The notes beneath the pieces were generated by a model. It was not told the origin of the DNA, ran no database searches, and saw only the letters and a program-made list of their open reading frames with translations. 64,000 nt of DNA, taken from positions 8,544,001 through 8,608,000 of the forward strand of contig JASGJH010000001.1 in the NCBI GenBank assembly GCA_047601445.1, in the 5' to 3' direction. This stretch comes from Myxococcales bacterium (lineage in GTDB: Bacteria > Myxococcota_A > Polyangia > Polyangiales > DASUME01). Of this stretch, positions 53,173-62,063 are shown piece after piece (position 1 is the first letter of the stretch; every line of letters begins with the position of its first letter). The position numbers and the translations under genes were made by a program.

Positions 53173-53765
53173 GCGAGCTGTGCATAGAGCGAGTGCGAGG
53201 AGACGCGCTGGTCGGCCACCTGCGTGAGCTGGCGGTCTTGCGCATCGCGGTATTTCGGGAGTATCCGTATCTCTACGAGGGCAGCCTCGACTACGAGATG
53301 CGCTATTTGGCGCGCTATGCCGAGACCACCGGGAGTCACCTGGTGATTGCCCGCGATGCCGAACGTGTGGTGGGGGCCTCGACCTGCACACCGCTCGTCG
53401 GCCAGAGCGCCGACGTACTGCAGCCGTTCCGCCAGGCTGGCTACGACCTTTCGACCGTCTGCTACTTCGGAGAGTCGGTGTTGCTCCCGGAGTATCGCGG
53501 TCGCGGGCTCGGGCACGCCTTCTTCAACCAGCGTGAGGAGGCTGCGCGCGAGGCGGGCTTTCGCTGGGCGACGTTCTGCGCGGTAGTGCGTGGCCACGAC
53601 CATCCGCGGAAGCCCAAGGGCTACGTGCCGCACGATGCGTTCTGGGGGAAGCGGGGGTTCGTGCGGCGCCCCGAGCTGAGCGCCCGCTTCAGTTGGCGCG
53701 ATCTCGGTGAGAACGAGGAGAGCGCCAAAGACATGGTGTTCTGGACGCGCGAGCTCGCCACGTGA
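53169..53765 (+). CDS. GNAT family N-acetyltransferase
   Basis: GTGA overlap; LRI.VFREYPYLY.G, ESVLLPEYRGRGLG. Confidence 0.88.
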   Translation: MSELCIERVRGDALVGHLRELAVLRIAVFREYPYLYEGSLDYEMRYLARYAETTGSHLVIARDAERVVGASTCTPLVGQSADVLQPFRQAGYDLSTVCYFGESVLLPEYRGRGLGHAFFNQREEAAREAGFRWATFCAVVRGHDHPRKPKGYVPHDAFWGKRGFVRRPELSARFSWRDLGENEESAKDMVFWTRELAT

Positions 53766-54676
53766 CGGTGCGCGTCGCGACCCTCGCGTATCCCATCGAG
53801 GCCCATGCGAGCTTCGAAGCGTTCCAGAAGAAGCAGGAGCGTTTGGTCAGCGAGGCGTGCGCTCGAGGGGCCCAGCTCTTGGTGTTCCCCGAGTACGCCA
53901 GCATGGAGCTCGGCTCTCTGCGAGGCGGCACGGCCTCTTCGGCCGGCCCGCGCGCGTTGGCCGGGGAGCTGGAGGATATGCAGGGCTGGCTGGAGGCCTA
54001 TCGCGAAACCTACCGCTCGCTGGCCGAGCGCTTCGGGGTCGTGATCAGCGCGCCGAGCTTTCCCGAGCGGGTCGACGAGGGCCGCGCGAACAGCTTTCGA
54101 AACCGGGTTCGCGTGTTCGGACCGAGCGGGGTCGAGGGGCTCAGCGAAAAAGTCATGATGACGCGCTTCGAGAACGAGCACTGGGGCATCCAGGCAGGCT
54201 CGCAGCAGACGGTGTTCGAGAATGCCTGGGGCTGGCTCGGACTGAGCGTGTGTTACGACAGCGAGTTCCCTTTGCTGGTGCGGCGCCAGGTGGAGGCTGG
54301 GGCCCGCGTGATGCTGGTGCCTAGCTGCACGGACACCTTGGCTGGCTATCACCGGGTTCAGATCTCGTGTCGGGCGCGCGCGCTGGAGAACCAGTGCTTC
54401 GTGGTGCAGTCCGTCACGGTGGGCAGCGCGCCTTGGTCCGTGGCGATCGACGAGAACACGGGCGCTGCGGGCGTGTTCGGTCCGGTGGACCGGGGATTTC
54501 CGAGCGACGGCGTGCTGGCGCTGGGGGCGATCGGCGAGCCTGGCTGGGTGTTCGCCGATCTCGACCTGGAGCGCTTGAACGAGGTCCGACGGGACGGACA
54601 GGTGCGTAACCACCAGGACTGGCAGCTAGCAGGTCACCTGGTCGGTGAGGTGGAGCGCGTTTCGCTGCTGCGCTGA
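53762..54676 (+). CDS. Carbon-nitrogen hydrolase (nitrilase superfamily)
   Basis: Glu-Lys-Cys triad: FPEY, EKVMMT, VCYDSEFP; RARALENQ. Confidence 0.9.
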   Translation: MTVRVATLAYPIEAHASFEAFQKKQERLVSEACARGAQLLVFPEYASMELGSLRGGTASSAGPRALAGELEDMQGWLEAYRETYRSLAERFGVVISAPSFPERVDEGRANSFRNRVRVFGPSGVEGLSEKVMMTRFENEHWGIQAGSQQTVFENAWGWLGLSVCYDSEFPLLVRRQVEAGARVMLVPSCTDTLAGYHRVQISCRARALENQCFVVQSVTVGSAPWSVAIDENTGAAGVFGPVDRGFPSDGVLALGAIGEPGWVFADLDLERLNEVRRDGQVRNHQDWQLAGHLVGEVERVSLLR

Positions 54677-54706
54677 GCGCGCGCACCGAAGCGACGGCTC
54701 AAACGC

Positions 54707-54732
54707 AAAAAGGCGCGTCGTCAGACGCGCCT
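54707..54732 (-). terminator. Intrinsic terminator downstream of rpsN
   Basis: AGGCGCGTC-4nt-GACGCGCCT stem followed by a short U run on the minus strand. Confidence 0.65.
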
Positions 54733-54764
54733 CCAGAACACGAGCGGTCAGCCGCTCGCTCAGC

Positions 54765-55070
54765 TCACCAGCTGGACTTGGTGAGGCCGGGGATCTCGCC
54801 CGCCAGGCCCTTCTCACGAATCGCGATACGCGACAGGCCGAACTTGCGGTACACGGCGCGGGGGCGACCGGTGAGTGCGCAGCGGTTGCGGACGCGGCCA
54901 CGGCTGGAGTTGCGCGGGAGCGCGTTCAGCTGGGCGACGGCGAGCACCTTCTCGGCCTCGGGGGCCTTGGGATTGGAGATTACGGCCTTGAGGGCCGCAC
55001 GCTTTGCTGCGTGCTTAGCCACGAGCTTCCGCTTCTTCTCGTTGGTCGCAATCTTCGCCTTCGTAGCCAT
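54765..55070 (-). CDS. rpsN: 30S ribosomal protein S14, 101-aa zinc-independent (C-) form
   Basis: [36 protein letters not shown]....GEIPG..KSSW; single Cys. Confidence 0.95.
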   Translation of the reverse strand: MATKAKIATNEKKRKLVAKHAAKRAALKAVISNPKAPEAEKVLAVAQLNALPRNSSRGRVRNRCALTGRPRAVYRKFGLSRIAIREKGLAGEIPGLTKSSW

Positions 55071-55247
55071 AACTCTCCTATTAGGGGCGCGAACCTTAAT
55101 GCGGCCCCCCCCACCGCGCAACTCAATCGGTGGTTTTTCGCTTGGCGGGGCCTGCTTTCCAGCCAGGACAGGTGTACTCTCCTGCCCCGTAGGCGTCGAC
55201 GTGTCCCGGTTGGGGGGCGAGTCCTCGGGAGCGACTGAAGGATACCC

Positions 55248-55547
55248 ATGAGCGAAGTGACCCAGAAGCTGCAGCGCATGTTGGCCCAAGCACAAGGTTT
55301 TTCCCGGGATGCGCCGCTCGAGGCGGTGGCCCGTGCCCAGCTCGCGGTGCGGGAGGCGGAGCAGGCCCTGGCCAGCGCTCACGGCTCGGAACGTGAGCAG
55401 CTCATCGCGCTGAAGGCCATCGCCGAGTCCCGTGTGGAGCGCTACGGCCAGGAGCTGTCGGGCTGGACCAAGGGTGTGGAAGAGCGCGCCAATCTGTTCG
55501 AGACCCACGAGCAGCAGCGCATCGAGCAACCCATTCCTTCCAAGTGA
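55248..55547 (+). CDS. Hypothetical helical protein
   Basis: AAGGA RBS; 99 aa; stop overlaps the next start. Confidence 0.65.
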   Translation: MSEVTQKLQRMLAQAQGFSRDAPLEAVARAQLAVREAEQALASAHGSEREQLIALKAIAESRVERYGQELSGWTKGVEERANLFETHEQQRIEQPIPSK

Positions 55548-56050
55548 GGCACGCGGTGGCGAAGGCGGACTCGAAGGCGCTGACCAAGGTCGAAGCGCGC
55601 GGGCCCGCGCGCGAGTCCGCGAAAGGCACGCGCGAGCCCATGAAAGCTGCGCAGCCAGCGAAAGACACGCGCGAGGCCGCGAAAGAAGCGCCGACCGCCG
55701 AGTCCGCGGCAGCCGACGACTGTCATCACGAGCACCACGCGAGACGCGTGCCTCCGCTGGTCACCTCCACGCTCGTCATCGAGCGTGCCGCCGCGCTCTT
55801 CCGGGCCCTCGGCGACAGCGCCCGCTTGTCGCTGCTCGAGCGCTTGGCCACCGGGGAGTACTGCGTGACCGAGCTCGCCGAGGCCACGGGGGAAGGTCTG
55901 AGCACCATCTCGCAGCGCCTGAGAACCTTGCGCAGCGAGCGCTTGCTGCGGCGGCGTCGGGTCGGCAAGCACGTGTACTACTCGCTGGCCGATGCCCACG
56001 TGGCAGCGCTGATCCACAGCGCGGTCGCCCACGCCAGCGAGCAGCACTAG
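55544..56050 (+). CDS. ArsR/SmtB metalloregulatory repressor
   Basis: [29 protein letters not shown]; start uncertain. Confidence 0.9.
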   Translation: MRHAVAKADSKALTKVEARGPARESAKGTREPMKAAQPAKDTREAAKEAPTAESAAADDCHHEHHARRVPPLVTSTLVIERAAALFRALGDSARLSLLERLATGEYCVTELAEATGEGLSTISQRLRTLRSERLLRRRRVGKHVYYSLADAHVAALIHSAVAHASEQH

Positions 56051-56078
56051 TAGCTGACGCCCTAGTGGGTGGTGTTCT

Positions 56079-56984
56079 CTAGAGCAACACGATGAGGCTG
56101 CCCACGCAGGCGAGGAGCAGCGCCAGCGCGAGACGCCAAGTCATGGGTTCGCCGAGCACGAAGACGGCCAGCAGCACCGTGAACACCGAGCTCGTCTGGT
56201 TCAGCAAGGCCGCGTTGCCCGCGGGCGCGAACTTGAATGCTCCGACCCACATCACGAACGACAGATAGCCCCCACAAATCGCGGCAGGAATCGTGAGCTT
56301 GTGGCTTGGTTGAGGGCGAAATACGGCTGCCACGCGCGCACGTGCAGACGGCTGTGCCAGGGCTCGTCCTCCCATCGCCACCAGACCTCCAGCGATGCGC
56401 ACGGCGGTGCACCAGAGGAGGCCGTAGCGCTCGATCATCGGTTTGACGAGGATGATGGCCACCGCCATCAAGACCACGGCGCTCGCGCTCAACAACGTGC
56501 CGCGCACGAGGCGCGCGCGCTCGATGGGCAGATCCGCACCCGGGAACACGCTGGCCAGGCCCACGGCGCCCAGGATCAGCGTCCCTCCGAGCAAGCTGCG
56601 CCCGGACAGGCGCTCGTCCAGCAGCCACCACGAGAAGAGCACCACGCTCGGGCTGTAGAGCGCGTCCACGATCGCCTGACGCGAGGCTCCAATCTGCGCC
56701 AGCCCCTTGAACATCAAGGTGTCGGCGAGGCCGATGCCCAGGGCTCCGCTCGCCGCCAGGGCGAGCCACACGCGAGGATCGCGGGCGACGTCGGTGAAGC
56801 CGAAGCAGGCGCCCGTGAGGAGCAGGAGACCGAAGCCGAGGCTGGTCTTGAGTACGTTCAGCGAGAGGGCGTCGATGCGCTCGCTGCTGCGCTTGAAGAG
56901 CACGACCGAGATCGCCCAGAACAGCGCGGCGCCCACGGCCAACCCGTAGCCAATGAGTCGCGTCTCCTCGCCCGGGCCAGCCAT
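56079..56984 (-). CDS. DMT/EamA family transporter
   Basis: About 10 TM helices in two EamA halves; L.ERL and LGE motifs. Confidence 0.88.
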   Translation of the reverse strand: MAGPGEETRLIGYGLAVGAALFWAISVVLFKRSSERIDALSLNVLKTSLGFGLLLLTGACFGFTDVARDPRVWLALAASGALGIGLADTLMFKGLAQIGASRQAIVDALYSPSVVLFSWWLLDERLSGRSLLGGTLILGAVGLASVFPGADLPIERARLVRGTLLSASAVVLMAVAIILVKPMIERYGLLWCTAVRIAGGLVAMGGRALAQPSARARVAAVFRPQPSHKLTIPAAICGGYLSFVMWVGAFKFAPAGNAALLNQTSSVFTVLLAVFVLGEPMTWRLALALLLACVGSLIVLL

Positions 56985-57017
56985 GCGCGCGCAACGGTAG
57001 CAGGCGGAACCGCGTCG

Positions 57018-58664
57018 TCAGAGCGGGATGCGCAGCTTGCTCGGCGTGGGCGTGAACTCCACCGTGCGCTCGAAGCTTCGAGACGGATCGCGCACGGGCA
57101 CGAAGCGCAACAGGTACGAGCCGACGGGCATGTAGAAGCGGCCGGGGGTGACACCCAGCTCGGTGTCGCCGTAGAACACGGTGGCCGAGCCGCCAGGCGT
57201 GGCGATGGATACTGCCCCCTCGGCTGGGGAGGCAGTGGCAGCCTCGGGAGCGGAGGCGGAAGCAACCGGCGTGAGCTGCGCGGGCGCGACGTCTTTGGCG
57301 GCCGCGCGGGGCGTCTCTTGCACGCTAGTCGGCTTCGAAGGAGCGGCCTGGGAGGGCGAGTTCGAGCTCGGCCGCAGCGCCAGATAGGTGCCCAAGGTCA
57401 GCGCCGCGAAGACCGCCAGGGACAGCATGGGGGAGCCTGTGGCCGCCGTCGTGGGCGGTACGTCGGTGGCTTCGCTGGCTGCGCCGCGGGAGAAGGACTC
57501 GTCGTCTTCGTCGTGCGCGACTTCGCGCACCGTGCTGAACGACGGATCCTCCTGATGGTTCGCCACGTGGGCCACCGTGGCGAACACCTGGAGCTCGCTT
57601 TCGGAGGGCGGCGGGTAGGAGGAGCTCATGGGCAGCTCGGCCTCGGAGTCGCGCGCGGCGTCGCGCAGGATCTCGCGCTTGATCGCGATGCGCTCGCCGA
57701 ATGCGCGCTGCATCCGGGCCGACATGTCTGCCATCGTCGCGGCCGGCAACACGCTGCCGTTGAGGCGCGAGAGCTCCACGCCGAGCTCCCGTGCAGTCGC
57801 GTAGCGCGCGTCGCGATCACGCTCGAGGGCACAGCGCACCACACGCATCAGGTCGTCGGGCACCACGCAGCTGGGGTTCTCGACGCTGGGCAAGGCATCG
57901 TGAGTGACCGCCAGCACGGTCTCGGCCTCCGTGTCGCGCTTGAACAAGCGACGTTGCGCCAGCGCCTCCCAAAGCACCACGCCGAGGGACCACACGTCGG
58001 CGCGACGGTCGACACCCACGCCGCGCATCTGCTCGGGCGCCATGTATGCGAAGCGTCCCTTGATGGTGCCGTTGCGCGTGGTGTGAAGGCGCTCGGCGGC
58101 GCTCGCGATGCCGAAGTCGAGCACGCGGACGCTGCCGTCGTAGCCCACCATGAGGTTCTGCGGCGAGACGTCGCGATGCACGATGGCGAGGGGCCTGTCG
58201 TCGGGGTCGCGCGCCTCGTGGGCGGCGTGCATCCCCTCGCAGGCCTGGGTCAGGACGTAGGTGGCGAGAGCCGGGATCATCGCCTTGGTCTCGGGCGTCT
58301 GTTTGAGGGAGTTGAGTACCTCGCTCCAGGTCTCGCCCATCACGTATTCCATGGCGAGGTAGTAGGTGCCCTCGGCCTTGCCGAAGTCGAGCACGCGGCA
58401 GACGTTGGGATGGTTGATGCACGAGACGATGCGCGCCTCGTCCAGGAACATGTCGACGAAGTCCCGGTCCTTGGCCAGGTGCGGGTGGATGACCTTCACG
58501 GCGGCGGCTTGCCCAAAGCCCGAGAAGCCCACGCGACGCGCCAGGTAGATGGTGGCCATGCCACCGCAGGCGATTTCTCGCAGCATGCGAAAATTGCCCA
58601 GGCAACGACCTTCGAAGCCGCGCAGGATGCTGCGTTCTCGGTTGCTTGCTTGGGCCTTCGCCAT
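57018..58664 (-). CDS. Membrane Ser/Thr (Hanks) protein kinase with C-terminal PEGA-like domain
   Basis: GGMA, AVK, HRDVSPQN, DFGIA, YMAPEQ, TM helix, LGVTP. Confidence 0.93.
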   Translation of the reverse strand: MAKAQASNRERSILRGFEGRCLGNFRMLREIACGGMATIYLARRVGFSGFGQAAAVKVIHPHLAKDRDFVDMFLDEARIVSCINHPNVCRVLDFGKAEGTYYLAMEYVMGETWSEVLNSLKQTPETKAMIPALATYVLTQACEGMHAAHEARDPDDRPLAIVHRDVSPQNLMVGYDGSVRVLDFGIASAAERLHTTRNGTIKGRFAYMAPEQMRGVGVDRRADVWSLGVVLWEALAQRRLFKRDTEAETVLAVTHDALPSVENPSCVVPDDLMRVVRCALERDRDARYATARELGVELSRLNGSVLPAATMADMSARMQRAFGERIAIKREILRDAARDSEAELPMSSSYPPPSESELQVFATVAHVANHQEDPSFSTVREVAHDEDDESFSRGAASEATDVPPTTAATGSPMLSLAVFAALTLGTYLALRPSSNSPSQAAPSKPTSVQETPRAAAKDVAPAQLTPVASASAPEAATASPAEGAVSIATPGGSATVFYGDTELGVTPGRFYMPVGSYLLRFVPVRDPSRSFERTVEFTPTPSKLRIPL

Positions 58665-58804
58665 GACGCTCGAACCCACGATCCTACGTGCCGCCGCGCG
58701 CGCGAATCAATCGGCTTGGCCGTGGCTGCGTCGGCTTTGCAAGGCGCGGTGAGCAAGGGCGGGTCTTGTGGGCGTTTCGTGCGTGTCTCGCTAGACTGCG
58801 GCCC

Positions 58805-59218
58805 ATGCAAGCGAAGACCCATCTGGCCCTGAATCCGCGGCTGTGCGGCAGCCCGCGAGAACTCGCCAAGGACCGCGCCGTGCTGGAGCTCACCACCCGC
58901 CCGGAGATGGCGGCCGATAGCCAGGGGTTGGTGCACGGCGGATTCGTGTTCGGCTTGGCGGACGCCGCGGCGATGTTGGCGATCAACGAGCCGAACGTCG
59001 TGCTGGGCAGCGCAGAGACACGCTTTCTCGCGCCCGTGGTGTTGGGGGAAACGTTGCTTGCTACCGCGACGGTGACGATGGTCGAAGGCAAAAAGCATTT
59101 CGTGGAGGTGGACGTGACCCGGGAACGCAGTGGCGCCGTACCAGACCAGGTGCTCAAGGGCACCTTCGTGTGTTTCGTGCCGGCCCAGCACGTGCTGGCG
59201 CAGCGAGGCCAGCCATGA
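58805..59218 (+). CDS. PaaI-type hotdog thioesterase
   Basis: GLVHGGF...LAD, FLAPV. Confidence 0.88.
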   Translation: MQAKTHLALNPRLCGSPRELAKDRAVLELTTRPEMAADSQGLVHGGFVFGLADAAAMLAINEPNVVLGSAETRFLAPVVLGETLLATATVTMVEGKKHFVEVDVTRERSGAVPDQVLKGTFVCFVPAQHVLAQRGQP

Positions 59219-60951
59219 ATGGTGGAGATCGCATCGCAGAGGTCCTAGAACGCCAGGGTGTGCAGAGCCTGTTCACGCTGTGTGGCGGGCACATCTCTCC
59301 CATTCTCGTGAGTGCCAAGCGGCGTGGCATCCGCGTCGTGGATGTGCGCGACGAGAAGAATGCGGTGTTCGCCGCCGACGCCACGGCGAGGCTCACGGGC
59401 ATTCCCGGGGTGGCCGCGGTCACCGCGGGTCCTGGAGTCACCAACACGATCACGGCCATCAAGAATGCACAGCTGGCTCAGAGTCCGCTCATCCTGCTCG
59501 GCGGTGCCACGGCCACGGTGCTGCGCAATCGCGGCGCCCTTCAGGACATCGATCAGCTCTCGCTGTTCCGGCCGCACGTGAAATGGGCGGTCTCCATTAC
59601 GCGTCTCAAAGACGTGGTTCCCACGCTCGAGAAGGCCTTCAAGGTCGCGCTGGACGGCATCCCCGGCCCGGTGTTCGTGGAAGTGCCGGTGGATCTGCTC
59701 TACGCCGAGCCCACGGTGCGCGAGTTTTATGGCGCCAAGTCCGCTGGTGACATCAAGGGCGTCACCGACATGGCGCTCCAGGCCTACCTGCGGGTGCATT
59801 TGGCGCGCGTGTTCGCGGGTGCCTCGCACTACACCGTTTCGGATCGCCTCGAAGCTTCGGTACCGACGCCCAAGTCTGCCGACGTGAGCAAGGCCCTGGA
59901 GTTGCTCGCCAACGCCAAGCGTCCGGTGTTCTTGCTGGGCTCTCAGGTCATGCTGCGTGCCGATCAGGTCGCGCGCACCGTGCGCAGCGTGGAGCGCCTG
60001 GGCGTGCCGGTCTACCTGTCCGGCATGGCGCGGGGGTTACTCGGCAAACGACACCCGCTCTGGTTCCGTCACAACCGCGGCGAAGCACTGAAGACGGCGG
60101 ACCTGGTGGTGCTCCTGGGGGTGCCCTGTGATTTTCGGTTGAACTACGGCCGGCACATCGGAGGGCGCGCCAAGCTCGTCGCGGTGAACCTGGACGGTAG
60201 TGAGGTGCGCAAGAATCGCTGGCCCACGCTCGGTGTGACGGGCGATCCCGCGAGCTTTCTGTGGGCCATGGCCGACGCGCAGGCACAGCCCACGGAGGGC
60301 CGCTTCGCCGCGCAGTGCAAGGAGCTGCGCATGCGGGACGACGCGCGCGAAGCCAAGATTCGCGACGACGCGGCTGCACCCAGCGAGCTGATCAACCCTG
60401 TGTTCGCTTGCCGCGCCATCGAAGAAGCGCTCGACGAGGACAGCGTCATCGTCGCGGACGGCGGGGACTTCGTGGCCACGGCCTCGTACATCACGGCGCC
60501 GCGCTCACCGCTGTCGTGGCTCGACCCGGGCGTCTTTGGCACCCTCGGCGTGGGGGCCGGCTTCGCGCTCGGCGCCAAGTTGGCGCGTCCTTCGAGCGAG
60601 GTGTGGATCGTCTACGGGGACGGCTCGGCGGCCTACACGCTGATGGAGTTCGACACCTTCGCGCGCCATGGCATCCCGGTGATCGCGGTCGTGGGTAACG
60701 ACGCGGGCTGGACGCAGATCGCGCGCGACCAGGTGACGCTCCTGGGCGACGACGTAGGGACCACCCTGGCGCGCACGGACTATCACAAGGTGGCCGAGGG
60801 CTTCGGGGGCAAGGGCTTCGTCGTGAAGGCGCCCGGCGAGCTCGCCGACGTACTGCGCGCGGCCAAGGCGGAGGCCAGGGCGGGGCACCCGGTGCTCGTG
60901 AACCTGCACCTCGGCAAGAGCGAGTTCCGCAAGGGCTCGATCTCGATGTGA
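59215..60951 (+). CDS. ThDP-dependent enzyme, ILVBL/2-hydroxyacyl-CoA lyase-like
   Basis: [34 protein letters not shown]...GND, C-terminal FRKGSISM. Confidence 0.88.
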   Translation: MNGGDRIAEVLERQGVQSLFTLCGGHISPILVSAKRRGIRVVDVRDEKNAVFAADATARLTGIPGVAAVTAGPGVTNTITAIKNAQLAQSPLILLGGATATVLRNRGALQDIDQLSLFRPHVKWAVSITRLKDVVPTLEKAFKVALDGIPGPVFVEVPVDLLYAEPTVREFYGAKSAGDIKGVTDMALQAYLRVHLARVFAGASHYTVSDRLEASVPTPKSADVSKALELLANAKRPVFLLGSQVMLRADQVARTVRSVERLGVPVYLSGMARGLLGKRHPLWFRHNRGEALKTADLVVLLGVPCDFRLNYGRHIGGRAKLVAVNLDGSEVRKNRWPTLGVTGDPASFLWAMADAQAQPTEGRFAAQCKELRMRDDAREAKIRDDAAAPSELINPVFACRAIEEALDEDSVIVADGGDFVATASYITAPRSPLSWLDPGVFGTLGVGAGFALGAKLARPSSEVWIVYGDGSAAYTLMEFDTFARHGIPVIAVVGNDAGWTQIARDQVTLLGDDVGTTLARTDYHKVAEGFGGKGFVVKAPGELADVLRAAKAEARAGHPVLVNLHLGKSEFRKGSISM

Positions 60952-61361
60952 TCGAGGAGGCCCTCCGACATCTGTGGGAGGACCATGCGGACCTCCTCGC
61001 GTGGTTCTCGTTGCTGTCGCTGCTGATGCTGGTGGGCTCCGTATTGCTGGTGCCCTGGTTGGTTTTGCGGGCTCCCCACGACGTGTTCGTGAGGGACGCG
61101 CCCAACGATGGGATGGGCTCCGTTCCGGGCTTTCTGTTGTGGGTCTTGCGCAATACCCTGGGCGTGATCTTGCTGTTGGCGGGCATCCTCATGCTCGTGT
61201 TGCCTGGCCAGGGCCTGCTCACCATGGTGGCCGCCCTGTGCCTGCTCGACATCCCCCGCAAGCGTCAGCTGTTGCGTGGCATCGTGGTCCGTCCGCACAT
61301 TTGGAAGGCACTGGGCTGGATTCGAAGCCGGGCCGGTAAGCCGCCGTTCGACTCGCCCTGA
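60948..61361 (+). CDS. PGPGW-family membrane protein
   Basis: G.LMLVLPGQGLLT; GTGA overlap. Confidence 0.78.
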   Translation: MIEEALRHLWEDHADLLAWFSLLSLLMLVGSVLLVPWLVLRAPHDVFVRDAPNDGMGSVPGFLLWVLRNTLGVILLLAGILMLVLPGQGLLTMVAALCLLDIPRKRQLLRGIVVRPHIWKALGWIRSRAGKPPFDSP

Positions 61362-61430
61362 GCACCCTGCGAGCGTTTGCATTCACGCGTGAAATGGGGT
61401 TGGCTTGCGCTTACCAACGAGGGGACCAGC

Positions 61431-61967
61431 ATGGCACGTCGCGTACGAACTCTGATCATGGTTGGCTTGTGCAGCGCACTCGGGGCCTGCAGCACCGAGC
61501 CTACGCAGTCCAGCAAGCCCGCTGCACCGAGCGTGGAGCACACGGACCACGCCGCGACCGCAGCGCCTGGCGCGGCCGCACTCAAGCCGGTGAGCGCGCC
61601 CGCGGGGGCCAAGGTGGTCTGCCTGGCACCCGAGGATGGCGCCACGGTGACGGGACCGCTCGTGGACGGCAAGGTCGTGGTGCACGTCAAGATGGGTACC
61701 GAGGGCATCGAAGTGAAGCCCGCCGGCGAACAGATCGACGGCACGGGACACCACCACATCGTGGTCGATGGCGCGGGGATTCCCGTCGGTGACGCGGTGC
61801 CCAAGGACGAGACGCATTTGCACTTTGGCAAGGGGCAGACCGAAGCCGACGTGCCGCTCACGCCGGGGCCGCACACGCTGACGCTGCAGTTCGCCGACGG
61901 AGCGCACCTTTCGTACGGGCCGCAGCTCGCGAACACGATCAAGTTCACCGTGGCGGCGGCGCCCTGA
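61431..61967 (+). CDS. DUF4399 lipoprotein
   Basis: LGAC lipobox; TGHHHI.VD, HFGKGQTE, L.PG.HTLTLQFADG.H. Confidence 0.85.
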   Translation: MARRVRTLIMVGLCSALGACSTEPTQSSKPAAPSVEHTDHAATAAPGAAALKPVSAPAGAKVVCLAPEDGATVTGPLVDGKVVVHVKMGTEGIEVKPAGEQIDGTGHHHIVVDGAGIPVGDAVPKDETHLHFGKGQTEADVPLTPGPHTLTLQFADGAHLSYGPQLANTIKFTVAAAP

Positions 61968-62063
61968 GTCGGCGCGCCTCGGGTCACGACGGGCGGTGGG
62001 AAGGCGCGGGCACGGGCGCGCCTTGCTGGGGCAAGGCTGGCACGGGGTAGAGCGCTGACTTGG

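Noticed and set aside
55071..55529. Long N-terminal extension of S14 in the ORF track, and a Zur box upstream of rpsN
   Set aside because: A strong RBS and ATG at 55070 give a canonical-length S14; no convincing AT-rich palindrome is present.
56301..58832. 843-aa + strand ORF
   Set aside because: Shadow of the DMT transporter and Ser/Thr kinase on the minus strand.
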